Below are positions 50,908-64,000 of a DNA stretch of 64,000 nt, piece after piece (the first letter of the stretch is position 1; each line of letters starts with the position of its first letter). Position numbers and translations under genes: made by a program. The stretch spans positions 24,304,001-24,368,000 of the forward strand of contig OX597831.1 in NCBI GenBank assembly GCA_951406725.2, read 5' to 3'. A model generated the notes under the pieces. It saw only the letters and a program-made list of their open reading frames with translations, did no database searches and was not told where the DNA came from. The DNA comes from Octopus vulgaris (lineage: Eukaryota).

Positions 50908-51459
50908 GATCGATTTCCATTGATTGATTTCGATTCTGATCCTCACTTGCCTCAACGGGTCTTCACAAGCAGAGTTTCGACATGCCACCGGCACTGGTAG
51001 CACATCCGCAATTTCCATTGATCGATTTCGATTCTGATCCTCACTTGCCTCAACACGTCTTCACAAGTAGAGTTTTGTGTCCCAAGAAGGGAAGGTATGC
51101 ATACGTAGGCTGGCTCCATCCCATGTAGAAGGCCACGGGTTATGGACTCACTTGTCCTGCCGGGTCTTCTCATGCACAGCACACTTCCAGAGGTCTCGGT
51201 CTCTAGTCATTTCCTCAGTGAGACCTAAAGTTCGAAGGTCGTGCTTCACCACCTCGTCCCAGGTTTTCCTGGGTCTGCCTCTTCCACAGGTTCCCTCAAC
51301 CGCTAGGGTGTGGCACTTTTTCACACAACTATCTTCATCCATTCTCGCCACATGACCATACCAGAGCAAACGTCTCTCTTGCACACCACAACTGATGCTT
51401 CTTAGGTCCAGCTTTTCTCTCAAGGTACTTACACTCTGCCGAGTGTGAGTACCGGCATT
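50549..51459 (-). mobile_element. 5'-truncated RTE LINE: ORF C-terminus plus 3' UTR
   Basis: ORF 51148-51471 (RRLLWYGHVARMDEDSCVKKCHTLAVEGTCGRGRPRKTWDEVV...RDRDLWK) is a typical RTE C-terminus. The UTR has a ~110-bp internal tandem repeat (50868-51076) and a (GAT)n tail. Confidence 0.9.
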
Positions 51460-51509
<50 letters not shown>

Positions 51510-51523
51510 TTATTTATATTTAG

Positions 51524-51566
<43 letters not shown>

Positions 51567-52589
51567 TTATTTATATTTAGACTTATATATATCTATGTAT
51601 ACAGAGAGAGAGAGAGAGAGATGCATGTTTATTTATTTATTTATTTATATTTGTACTCTTCGTCAAGCTCACCTTACTACACCATTACTTTACATCTTCT
51701 TTTCTATCCATGATCCACACCTTTTCATCTTTTTGAACTTCCTCATCTCTTTTGTTATACATTTGCCTTTGAACTATTTATCAGCACATCCATCATGAAT
51801 TACTTCAGCTGCCACCCAACTCCTCCACTTACCTTTATCTCACTACCTGCCTACACCTGTAAGGATGCACTCTAGCCTTTCATTCTCTCCCTACACCTGC
51901 TGCCCCACCACCTGTTTTTCCTTTACTTTCACTCAGTATCTCACTCACTCATTCCATTGCCTCCTCTTCTGAGATCCCTTCACTGCCTACCATCTAGCAT
52001 GTTAACATAGCATCCATAATTGCTTGTCCCCTCATTATTTCCCCACCGCTATCTTATTTTTTCCTCACTGCCCTCTTCCTACGGCTGCTTTGCTCCCTCA
52101 TCACACCTCATTTTTCTAGCCAACCTCCACAACACTCCACACTGCACATTCCTTCACTGATTCTATTAGAATTCCTTTCTCCCCTACTCTGCAACTCCCT
52201 TCTTGTCCCTTTCCGTCACACCTTCCATTTATACTCACCCATATAATTTTGGACACCCCTAATGCTGGTTCCACACACAAGCCATCCTATGACCATTACA
52301 CTTTGTCCCTTTCTCAATAATCCTTGACATTGGTCCCTCCTCTTTTCCCTTTCCCCTGTTCCTTACCATATTCCCACCTCACCAATTTGTGCTTTCTCTA
52401 CTACTTGCTCTACTACCATCAATCATGAGTATAAATCTCTTCTTCTCATCTTCCTCACCCACCCTCATAGTCCCACTTAAAACCTCAACAAACTCTCTCT
52501 TCTGCTTCCCTCAGTTTTGAGAACAACTTTGGGTCCTTAGCTCTTTAAGCAGCAAAGATAGTACTGGGAGTCCGTGAACTAAATTCAAA

Positions 52590-52663
<74 letters not shown>

Positions 52664-54402
52664 CATAAGCATATTAAAAGTGATCTGTGGAAGAACTCAT
52701 TTAGATAAAAGGGTTGTTGGAACCATTGTTGGGAACCAATGACTTAAATGGTTTGACTGGAACTGGTTTGCTGCTAGAGCTGTATCAGGTTCCAGCCTGA
52801 TTTTGGCTTGGTTTCTACTTCTGATGCCCTTCCTAATACCAACCAGTCTAAGAGTGTAGCAAGTGCCTCTTATGTGTCACCAGCACAGGTGCTTTCATGT
52901 GTCACCAGCCTTGGCTGCAACTATCATTTCACTTGGCCTGCTTTTTCTTGCTTCTGTGGATTTCTGGTTTCACTTCATAAAATTTAGTAATACAAAGAAA
53001 CAGGCAGAAATACCCCTTTCATTTTGATCAGTTTTTTTGCTTTTTGTTGTTGTTTTTTTTGTTATTACTGACATAATTGTCAGATTGTTAGAAAATACAC
53101 CTTATTGTATTTCTCCTATTTCTACATGTTCTGAGTTTAAATCCTGCTAAAGTCAACTTTGCTTTCATCCCTTTGTTGTTGGTGAAGTAAAGTACCTACT
53201 AAGTATAGGGCTAAGGATATCAACTACTCTCCAACCCATCAAAATCGCTGGCCTTGCGCCTAAATCAGATACAATTCTCAGTGTAATATTTCCGTTATGT
53301 AACAAAAAGGCAAATATATATTTTTTTATTTACATTCTGCTATTGTTGCGCTTTCTCTGAGTTTCGATTTAAAAATACATTTATCTCCAGTTCTTGCAAT
53401 TCTCAGGGAAGGTACACACGCTGCAATCAATTCTAAATTTTCACTTTATACATTTCTCCAGACAGCAGATGACATAATTACTTACGTTTATGCTAATCTA
53501 ATTTGTTGGCTAGAGAAGAATCATTAGTTTTTAAAACCTGAATTAACATTTTATGGCAGTAAATTTAAAAATGAAGCCAATCTTAATACTTCAGTCATCC
53601 ACCTCCCACCTGGCATTCAAACCTCTAGGTCGCTGGTTCCATTCTTGCTCATGTATTTTCTTATAAAAATATTAGCTTCAAATTTTGGTGCTAGGCCAGT
53701 AATTTTGGGAAATTTTAACTGGTATTTATTTTATCAACCTCGAAAGGATGCAAAGCAAAGTTGTCCTTAGCAGAATTTGAACTCAGAATGTAAAAATGGA
53801 CAAAATGCTATTAAGCTTTTTGCCCAGTGTGCTAACAATTCTGCCAGCTTGCTGCCTTATTTTTTTGTAAATAATCTTTTCTTTTCTACTCTAGGCACAA
53901 GGCCTGAAATTTTGGGGTAAGTGGGGAGCTGTCGATTAGATCGACTCCAGTACACAACTAGCTCAGGAAGGCAGAGGTGCTATTTCCCTGATTTAAGGTT
54001 TTATTTGATCTTCTGTTAGAAATTGGTTCTACAGCATTCCTCTCTCATGGTACCTGTCTGAAGTTAGATCCATTGGACTGTTTGAAATTAAAGAAGTGTC
54101 TTCAGTGTGGATATGGTATAACTGTGTCTATGCAGCTTGAGCCAATGACCATTTAATCAGGAATCAGACCAACGACCCTCTCAACATGACTTGTAGTGAA
54201 AAATCTAAGCATAGTTTAATTGATACAGCACAATTTTCCTGATAATAGCTTGGCTTATGGAAGATCCAAGATATAAGACAACATTTCGTTTCATTAGAGA
54301 ATATTATGAATATATCAGAGAGTGAAGAAACATGGTACTTACTGATCTGTTTATATTGATTTAACACTGATTTCCCTCTCTCTGTCTCACTCTGTTTGTC
54401 TT

Positions 54403-54454
<52 letters not shown>

Positions 54455-54609
54455 ATGCACTCATACATGCATACATATACACATATATATAATATATGTG
54501 TATATTTTCTGGTATACATACATATATGTATATATTATATATATATATAACATATATATGCATATATATACATATATATGCATATATATGTATGCATGTA
54601 TGTATATGC

Positions 54610-54640
<31 letters not shown>

Positions 54641-55612
54641 TATATATATACATACATATATGTATATATATATATATATATATATAGCATGTTTGTGCAG
54701 ATATATATATATATCTGTGTGTGTGTGTGTGTGTGCATGAAAGGGTGAGAATATGAATAAGAGTAAAGACGATATTGATACGTGAAAGATCTCCTCACAG
54801 ATAATGCATTTCCATATGTCTGTGTAAACGTGTGCAAGCATTTTAGTGCATATGCACATGCTTTTACACGAGTGTGTGTGTGTGTGTATGTGCATGTGTG
54901 TGTGCATATGCATTTTCTCAAAGAATGAAAGCCTACTTGGGTCCCTCTGAAGTCTCACATAAAATGGAAAAGCTACTTACAACTCTTTCATCACAACCCC
55001 CTTCTCCCTCTCTCTTTCTCTCCCTCCCTTCCTCCCTCTCTCCTTCTTTTTCTCTCTCCTTTACTTTACATTCTTTCCTTTCTGCCCTGCATCATCCTTT
55101 ATTGTCCCTCTCACTTTCTCCCCGTCTCTTTCTTCCTACTCCTCTTACTCACTCTGTCTATCTGTCAATTGTTCCTAATCTTCCTTTTACAGTCTCCCAG
55201 TAATTATAAATTAAAAGTAAACTGGACGCTTCCATACTTTCTGTATTAAACCAAGAACTCGTTTGTAATTATTTCACTACATAAACTACATTAGTTTCTC
55301 CTTCTGTTATTAATTTTTCATGCAGCTGCTACCCTGGATATTATTCCTTAGTCACTCTCTGCAGTATAAATTAAACTTTATGTATATTGAAGTTAGTATA
55401 ATCTTTTGTCAGATCGACTTTGGAGGCATGGAATTGATTAGGGATTATTAGAGGCACTTTTCTAAGTTATAGCCTTCGTGGTGATTCAAGTTGGTAAATA
55501 CCATCCCTTTAAAAAGAACAGGGTTCTGGAAGTAGTTGGGCTAAGTAAAGCAGGCTGGGAAATCTTATTCACTTCATATCATGTTATACTCCCATAAAGG
55601 AACCATAAAAGA

Positions 55613-55992
55613 ACCATCTTACTAACAATAACTCTGAACACCTTTTCAAACTCCACCTGTCTAACACCAGTGGACATGTTTACAAAGTCAGAAAACAGCA
55701 CAGCTCCCATGACTTTCGGAAACATACTTTTCACGCTATGAGTTGCTGAAGTATGGAACAAATTACCGGCATCAGTTGTTAGTTGTCGGAGCACTGCATC
55801 CTTCAAAACTTCCATGCTTCCTGAGATTCACCAACACTACACCTGATTTTCTCCCCTCCATACACACGCAAGCATGTATCTGACTCATACACTGTTCACT
55901 TTCCAAGCATTTGTACATTACTGCATATGCTTTATATGCACTTTTGACAAGATGTGGTGCACCTGAGGACTGTATACAATAATTTCATTATA
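55613..55992 (+). mobile_element. CR1-clade LINE 3' fragment
   Basis: Translates SEHLFKLHLSNTSGHVYKVRKQHSSHDFRKH...WNKLPASVVSCRSTASFK (cf. CR1 TRGH..K...R..FF..RVV..WN.LP..VV). Confidence 0.8.
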
Positions 55993-57559
55993 TATGATAT
56001 GTTCTGAGTTCAAATTCTGCTGAGGTTGACTTTGTCTTTCTTCCCATTTGGGGTCAATAAAATAAGTACTATTTGAAAGATCGTGAACTGGCAGAATGTT
56101 TAGCAGTATTTTGTCCATCTTCAAGTTCTGAGATCAAACACCACCAGGGGTCAACTTTGTTGATCATCCTTCCAAGGTCAATAAAATAAGTACCAGTTGA
56201 ACACTAGGGTTGATGGAATCAACTTAACACCTTCCCTGAAAATGCTGGCCTTGTGCCAAAATTTGAAATCAAAAATAAATTCCTTCTCATTCAAATAAAA
56301 AATTTGTGATTATAAGCACAGGAATGTGTGGTAAGAACCTTCCTTCCAAACTACATGGTTCCAGGTTCAGTCCCTCTGCATGGCATCTTGGGCAAGTATC
56401 TTCTACTATTGCTGCAATTTACTTTGCAATTTTACTGTTTCCCTTTGGTTAAAGTGGTCTGGCATATAGGAAAAAATCAAAATGGTCATAACTTGAATAC
56501 TTTTGATCATAGGTCTATCTACTCAGTCAGGGCCAATATGGGATAACAAAGCTACAATAACAACATTTTTTCCCCCCCTTATTGCAACTAAAGTAATTGA
56601 AACCCAGCAAATTCTTCTGGATTTTATCACCATTGTTATTGCTGACAGAGACATTGACCGATTTTCACAAAATAGAATGGCATAGATATCAGGGGTTTTT
56701 TAATTTGTATTCCTATTGCATTGCTCAGGAATGTTTAATGCTGAGATTTTGGTGCAGAAATTAGAATAAATTCTTTGTTTACTTGGAATCCTTTATAGAG
56801 AAGCTTGAAATTAAATAAAAACATAAACTAAACAGAAAAATAATTGCATATCTTTTAGATTTGTTTTGGAATAATTATCCTCTCGTCAGAGATGTACTTC
56901 TATTCTTTACTAATCTGTGGACTTTGAATCTAAATTACTATATATATAGCAGTACCTTATCAGGATGTAACATTAACAGCTGCCCTGATTTGCATATAAT
57001 ACATTTGTCGGCCAAATAGTAAATTAAATAATATGTCTTTATGTATATATATGACACAGCATAATTCAGAATACTTGAAATATGTATTATGTTGATAACT
57101 CTACAGTTGTTATTTGAAAGCCTTAGCCATGGAGATTGAGATGTTGTGAAAAGGTTCTATTGTTCTCTTATATAAACAAAATCATAATAACCTCGGCAAC
57201 TAAAGCTTTGATGGTGGAATTGGTGCTAGTGGTAACAGTGGGGAATGGTATTGGTGGTGGTGGTGGTGGTTATAACAACATCAGTAATAGATTAAGTATT
57301 GCCTGATTTCAATGCCATCATAAGTATTTCACTTCATATGAGATAGCCATGGATATCCCATACTCGCATTTTTAGAAACCTGACACAGACTATAAAAAAT
57401 AAAACTATATCTGAAAACAATTTTTATTTCAATGGATATAAAATATCTCTAAATTCAGAATTAACAAACTTGAAACTTAGATAAACTTGGATATGTTTTG
57501 GTCCAAACTTGACCCAAACCATGTCTAACTTAATAGCATCACCTGACAGAACCCTTTTT

Positions 57560-57918
57560 TTTTACTTGCTTCAGTCATTTCACTGCAGCCATGATGGAGC
57601 ACTGCCTTTTAGTCGAGCAAATTGACCCCAGGACTTATTCTTTGGAAGCCTAGTACTTATTCTATCAGGCTCTTTTGCCGAACCGCTAAGTTACGGGGAT
57701 GTAAACACACCAGCATTGGTTGTTAAGTGATGTTGGGGGGACAAACACAGACACACAAATATATACATATATATACCAAATCCAAATCCACTCACAAGGC
57801 TTTGGTTTGCCAGAGGCTATAGTAGAAGACACTTGCCCAAGGTGCCACAAAGTGAGACTGAACCCAGAACCATGTGGTTGGTAAGCAAGCTACTTACCAC
57901 ACAGCCACCCCTGCACCT
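57560..57918 (-). mobile_element. SINE family A
   Basis: Family match with a small internal deletion. Confidence 0.88.
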
Positions 57919-58127
57919 ATATATCTGTTCAATTATTTTGAAGTCAAGTTTTGTGGTAGCATGTCCCATTCAAGTAGGGAGTTGATGGTGACTGAGATGT
58001 ATCCAGGTATAGGTAGCGTATCTTGTATATCCCGAAGAAATTTGCCCTGGTATCATCTGAAGGTGATGGGATTGGTTTCTTCTTTCATTTGTTTTGGGAT
58101 AATGTTAAATATTATGTACTTATATCT

Positions 58128-58526
58128 CTCTTTACTCTTTACTCTTTTACTTGTTCAGTCATTTGACTGCGGCCATGCTGGAGCACCGCCTTTAATGGAG
58201 CAACTCAACCCCGGGACTTGTTCTTTTGTAAGCCTAGTACTTATTCCATCGGTCTCTTTTGCCAAACCGCTAAGTTACGGGGACATAAACACACCAGCAT
58301 CGGTTGTCAAGCAATGCTAGGGGGACAAACACAGACACACAAACGCATATATATATATAAATATATACGACGGGCTTCTTTTCAGTTTCCGTCTACCAAA
58401 TCCACTCACAAGGCTTTGGTCGGCCCAAGGCTATAATAGAAGACACTTGCCCAAGTGCCACGCAGTGGGACTGAACCCGGAACCATGTAGTTGGTAAGCA
58501 AGCTACTTACAACACAGCCACTCCTG
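58128..58526 (-). mobile_element. SINE family A
   Basis: Full-length family match. Confidence 0.9.
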
Positions 58527-59263
58527 AATAATAGTAAAGTGTGGGGGAAAATGCAAAAAATGGAAAATGGTGTGTGAGACAATTTTTAACACCTTTCTTT
58601 CGTTTTACCTGTGTTTGATTCAACTGTTTCTGCAAATACATTTATCCTTGTTTATCATTAATTCATTCACCACTGAAGTGGAACAATGTAATATGTTAAT
58701 TGCAAACCATGTTACACTTATCATAAACTGGCTTGTGACATCACAGGTCAGCAATCTGTCCACTATTCTACTTGGACTGCAAAAGTGTGCCTCTGGCAAC
58801 TATCCATAATGTTCAGGATAACCTGGATCTTGGAGTAAAACCTATTTTTCCTTTAATCCATAAGTCATTCCATTCTAATTTTTTAAAAAAGAAAAAGGTG
58901 GTGGGATCTATTGAAAAATACAGTTTTAACTAAACTGCAGTTTGAATAAAAGGTGGATAGTCATGACTGAAGCGTCTTCAATGAAAGATTTACTTGATCA
59001 GAACTGATCTGAGGCTCGACAAACAAACAGAAAAAAAGAGGAAGAAACTTAAAGAAATGGCATAATGGAGTTCATAATGCAGTTTTAGATACCATTGTGT
59101 CTGTGAATTTCTGATGATAATTCTGTTTGATAAGGACAAACTTGAGGCTAAACATAAATAACAATAAGATGTTTTATAGATAATTAGTTACATATTTTTG
59201 CGCTAATTCTTACTTTAAAAGAATGCCACAAGTGGTTTATATTTCTGCTACTGTGAAAGCACT

Positions 59264-59905
59264 TGGCTTAGTAGTTAGTGTATTTAGCTCGTGATCATTG
59301 AGTCTTGAGTTCAATTCACAGTGGCATGGGGTGTACTTAAGCAAGACACTTTATTTCATGTAGCTCCATTCTACTCAAATGGCAAAAATGAATTTTGTCA
59401 TATTCGGTGTGTCACGCTGATTCTCTTTGAGAACTACATTAAGGGTACACGTGTTTATGGAGTGCTCAGCCACTTGCATGTTAACTTCATGAAATGCTTA
59501 ATGGTATTTCCCTCATCACTACGTTCTGAGTTCAAATTCCGCTGAGGTTGACTTTAACTTTCACCCTTTCAGGGTCGATAAATTAAGTACCAATGAAATT
59601 CTGGGGTCGATGTAATTGACTAGACCCTTCCCCCAAAAGCTTTGGGCCTTGTGCCTATAATAGAAAGACTCTGTGGTGGTGAGCTGGCAGAAACGTTTGC
59701 CTGCTTGGCAAAATGCTTAGCGGTATTTCGTCTGCCGCTATGTTCTGAGTTCAAATTCCACTGAGGTCGACTTTGCCTTTCACCCTTTCGGGGTCGATTA
59801 AATGAGTACCAGTTACCCACTGGGGTCAATGTAATCGACTCAATCCATTTGTCTGTCCTTGTTTGTCCCCTCTGTGTGTAGCCCTTTGTGGGCAGTAAAG
59901 AAATA
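59264..59905 (+). mobile_element. SINE cluster: D-type head with C-type tail (59264-59490), B variant (59495-59665), B (59676-59905)
   Basis: Tail GAGAACTACATTAAGGGTACACGTG is shared with the copy at 39971. The last B copy is flanked by AGAAAGACTCTGTGG / AGAAAGGATCTGTGG. Confidence 0.8.
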
Positions 59906-60262
59906 AGAAAGGATCTGTGGCAAAGATGTTGGTTAATGCTGGGTACCTATTTGAATGAATGCATGTCAGAAGGCTAGTAACATTTAAATATATGTTTGTA
60001 TAAAAGGCCCAATGAAATACCAGGAGACAATGTTCACTTGTGTTCATTCATTAGTATTACGGTAGAAGTCCTTCCATCGATGAGTGCTAACTTCTGATCA
60101 AAGTCCTGCTAGGCCGAAGCTCCTCTATCCTGCTTACCAGCCAGTCTACTCAACTACTGGCCTTTCTTTTTAAAACTCACGTTTCACTGCCTGGGCTGCG
60201 TGTATCCTTCCACGACCAACAGTGATTGGTTAGTTTAAGCAAAATAACTAAATTAAGCTACC

Positions 60263-60494
60263 TATTTCTTTACTACCCACAAGGGACTAAACACAGACGG
60301 GGAAAACAAGGACAGACAAACGGATTAAGTCGATTATATCGACCCTAGTGCATAACTGGTACTTATTTAATCGACCCCGAAAGATGAAAGGCAAAGTCAA
60401 CCTTGGCGGAATTTGAACTCAGAAAGTAAAGACAGGCGAAATAACGCTAAGCATTTCACCCGGCATGGTAATGCCTCTGCCAGCTCGCCGCCCT
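60263..60494 (-). mobile_element. SINE family B with 15-bp TSD
   Basis: CTAAATTAAGCTACC at 60248-60262 and 60495-60509. Confidence 0.92.
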
Positions 60495-61449
60495 CTAAAT
60501 TAAGCTACCATCACAGAGTTTATTTATTTTTTTTTTTGTTCTTTTCTTCTCTTTTACGATCCCTCTTGATCAAAAACCTACGCCACCCCTTTTTTTTTTG
60601 TTTCTTTTGTTTTTTGTTTTTTTCATCTCCCAAAAGAAAAGCTCTACCTTGCAACTTGTCCCATCTGTGTGCAGCCCTGTGTGGCCAATAAAGAAACTTA
60701 ATATGAATTGCTACAGATCTTACAGAATGCCCTTACTTAGCGTTTCAATCAGAAAGGAGAAAAACTATTTTATAAACTTTATGCAGGATTAGAACACAGA
60801 AATAAGGAAGTAAGAATAGCTAAATATCTAATCTAGTGTTCTGTCTCAAACATCTTTACCATCTTTATTGCTGTTAGTTTTAAAATCTACTACTACTACT
60901 ACTACTATTACTAACAACAACTACAATGCCTCTGGCACCAATTTATTTCAATTTCCTTTCTTAGTTTTTGCAGTAGATTCAGTTCAGCTTGTTTTCAACT
61001 GAAGTCCATTACAGCAAACATGTCATACCAGCCTTAAGGGTACTTTCTCTGTTCTTCACCTGCTGCCCATCTCAATAGCCTCATGGCAACGCACTCAGGA
61101 AGGAAGTAAATTCCTCGAACAAACAGTTCTCAGCGAATAACAAATTACTGAAATATTGAAAATAAAATCCTGTGAATTTTTTTTTTTAAGAAATTTTATT
61201 TATTTATTTGTTTATTTGTTTATTTATTTATTGAAACTGCAGGCTAACTAACCATATGATTATATAAATTAATACTCAAAGTTGAATGAGTCAGCTTGGT
61301 GTTGTACAACATATTGCCAGAGGTTACATTGTGGCTTGTATCACTTTGCTGATGCTACAGCTGTCATCAATAGCCAAGAAATATGAATCTCACTGGCTCA
61401 CTTTCACAAAGCTGTTGATAAGAACCATGGTAATTCTGTTTATTTTATT

Positions 61450-62200
61450 ACGGCAGCATGCTGTCAGAATCGTTAGCATGCTGGGCAAAAATGCTTAGTG
61501 GCATTTCGTCTGTTCTGAGTTCAAATTCCACCAAGGTGACTTTGCTTTTTATCCTTTTGGGATCAATAAAATAAGGACCAGTTTAGTACTGGCTTGGTGT
61601 AACTGACATACCCCCACCTCCAAAACTTGTTGGCCTTGAGCAAAAAATTTGATACCAATTCTGTTAATTTTTTTACCAACAACACCAGAACTAGTAACGT
61701 TTTCAAATTATGTATTGCTGTTGTTGTTGTTATACATCCCCAGGTTAACTCTGATCAAGCAGACCTTATAATGCAAGTTACTTCAGTTGTGATCATTCCT
61801 TTTAATATATTTTTCTAATAAAATATATTAAGATTAACATTATTCAGTGTACCCATCTCCTTTCGTTTCTTTTTTAATACAGCAGGGTAGGAACACTTTG
61901 TTGCTAATTTTAGCAGGTCAAGAAACCGAGTAGAAGCTCCTTTTTCTGCATGCTATGTATGTTTAATATGTATAGCAACACAAAGGCAGTGAGCTGGCAG
62001 CATTGTCAGCATGCCACGCAAAATGCTTAGAAGCATTTTGTCTGTTGTCACATTCTGAGTTCAAATTTTCCCAAGAGTGACTTTGCCTTTCTTCTTATTT
62101 GTGATCGATAAAATAAGTACCAGTAAAACATTGGGGTCAGTATAATCAAATTACACCCCAACCTCCCAACTTGCTGGCCTTGTCTCAAAATTTCAAACCA
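61450..62200 (+). mobile_element. Two degenerate SINE B variants (61450-61658; 61984-62200)
   Basis: Head, GAGTTCAAATT and GCTGGCCTTG...AAAATTT.A.ACCAAT tail. Confidence 0.75.
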
Positions 62201-62207
62201 ATATGTA

Positions 62208-62772
62208 TTGGGTTGTTCGGAAAGTTCGTGCCAATTTATAGTAGCTTACATTTTGACTTATTTTAGAACATGGTTGAGTCCATAAAATAGGATTTGACTA
62301 CACCTCCATTTAGAGCACAGTTTAAGCTATCTTTTCGTGGAAGAAGGTTTATGTTCCTATAACCTGTGTTAATTCTGTAACCCTTTAAAATGCAAGATAA
62401 GAAAGTTCATATTTGGCACTTGATGCTTTGGGAAACAGACAAAATTGCTGCAGCTCGGCTGGGATGTGTTACCCTAATCTCCATATTCACCAGATATTGC
62501 TCCTTCGGATTTCCACTTATTCAGGTCTCTGCAGAATAGTCTTAATGGTAAAAATTTCAATTCCTTGGCTGACGTAAAAAGATACCTTGATGAATTCTTT
62601 GCCATGAAACTACCTCAATTCTGGGAAAAGGGCATTTTCAAGTTAAAAGAAAGATGGAGACGCATTGTGCAACAAAATGGTTCATATTTGGTTGTTTATA
62701 AATTAAATGGCAAGTATTTATTGATCTTTTTTTTTCCTTTAAAAATCGGCACAAAATTTCCGGACAAACCAA
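62208..62772 (+). mobile_element. Internally deleted mariner, second copy
   Basis: TA TSDs at 62206-07 and 62773-74; same TIRs, same 565-bp length and same deletion junction as 2680-3244. Confidence 0.93.
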
Positions 62773-62934
62773 TACATATTTTCCTTATTCTCATCCAAAC
62801 CTATATACCTTCATTCACACACGCACGCACACATATAAACGTGTGTGCACATGCATACACACACACACACACATTAGCTACCCAGTCATAGAGCCAGCAT
62901 AGTAATTACAGTGAATACTTCAACAATATATATG

Positions 62935-63076
62935 TGCATATACATCAATGAAACAATTTTAATATATGCATACATCAATGAGACAGTTTTAATATTTGTA
63001 TACATAAATGAGACAATTTTCATTTATGTATACATCAATAAGATAATTTTAATAAATATATTAATCAATGAGACAT
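62935..63076. repeat. 30-bp minisatellite x~5
   Basis: TACATCAATGA(A/G)ACAATTTTAATAT variants at 62941, 62971, 63001, 63031 and 63061. Confidence 0.88.
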
Positions 63077-63344
63077 CATCCGGTTATACTGCCCTGCTTA
63101 GATGGTTATTTTATATCATGTTGTATATAAACTATTCTATATTCTAGAAGCTTCTGTCTAAGTCACTTCAATACTTACATTTTGGAATCAAAATTCTACT
63201 CCTTATAATTTTAAAATGACTGCATTAACGGACAAAGAATTACGAAAATATTGATCTTTGCTATTGTTTAGCCTGTCCTAATTAAGCAGACCTTATGATG
63301 AAGGCACTTTGATTGTGGTCATCCTTTCAATTTGTGCATAATAA

Positions 63345-63599
63345 ATAACAAATGCACCCTTTTAAAGCCTAGCCAGGCTCATGGGCCCGGTTTCCTGGTT
63401 TCTATGGCGTATGTGTTCCCCAGTGGGACGGGATGCCAGTCCATTGCAGCATTACTCATTTTTGCCAGCTGAGTGAACTGGAGCAATATGAAATGAAGTG
63501 TTTTGCTCAAGAACACAACGCATCGCCCAGTCCAGGAATCGAAACCACAATCTTACGATCTTAGTGCTGACACCCTAACCACTAAGCCACGCACCTCCA
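63345..63599 (-). mobile_element. SINE with D-type head and a tail like the copy at 11426
   Basis: Minus strand: GGAGGTGCGTGGCTTAGTGGTTAGGGTG...CTTGAGCAAAACACTT...GCAATGGACTGGCATCCCGTCC...GAAACCGGGCCCATGAGCC. Confidence 0.85.
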
Positions 63600-64000
63600 C
63601 CAATTTGTATATAAGAGGTAAAAAATAGATGATTTTGATTTACACATTTAATTATAGAGACCAAATTTTTTTCACACAGGTGAATGCTAATGTATTATAT
63701 GCTCTGCCTTCCTCTTCTAACAAAACCAAAAAACCCGTAAAGCTCTTTTCATATACGACTACTAAACATTGGCCATCTACAAAGTTTACTGTTTTCCTTT
63801 GTGGTTCCAAAGCTCAAGGTACCTTCTGACTTTCAATGATAATCTGGCAGCTTATTTTTATTTCCATTTTTATTTTTGCATTTTCTTTGACTGTATCGAC
63901 TTCACATCTTTTATTCACAAACACTTCATAGAAATGTTAGTTTCTGAAATCACGTTTTGGCCACGATACACACCAGTATTCCAGACCCCACAAAGCTAGG

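Noticed and set aside
53485-53508. 24-nt minus-strand microexon (TTCTCTAG...GTAAGT)
   Set aside because: Stops in all three frames; no other support.
62935-63076. CRISPR-like regular 30-bp periodicity
   Set aside because: No unique spacers, no cas genes and a eukaryotic context; it is a plain minisatellite.

Overview
AT-rich, repeat-saturated metazoan genomic DNA. The tRNA-derived SINE families, RTE LINE remnants and very long (TA)n/(CA)n/(AAT)n tracts suggest an octopus (coleoid cephalopod) genome; this is inferred from repeat content. No intact host protein-coding gene can be supported, and almost every ORF in the track is a microsatellite or SINE read-through. Transposon content: dozens of SINEs in at least five families; 3' remnants of RTE, CR1 and an RLE-type (HERO-like) LINE; two identically deleted 565-bp mariner elements; piggyBac-, hAT- and mariner-type MITEs; and a non-autonomous Helitron. 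Other features: a tRNA-Asn pseudogene, a ~1.07-kb tandem duplication, and several mini- and cryptic satellites. The most interesting signal is a set of minimal type-I hammerhead ribozyme motifs from four unrelated repeat families. One family is a tRNA-headed SINE carrying a hammerhead in its tail, found here as a TSD-flanked head-to-head inverted insertion that resembles Penelope-like element insertions. A few candidate non-coding exons on the minus strand are noted at low confidence. SINE family letters (A-D, H) are my own labels, and boundaries of degenerate copies are approximate.
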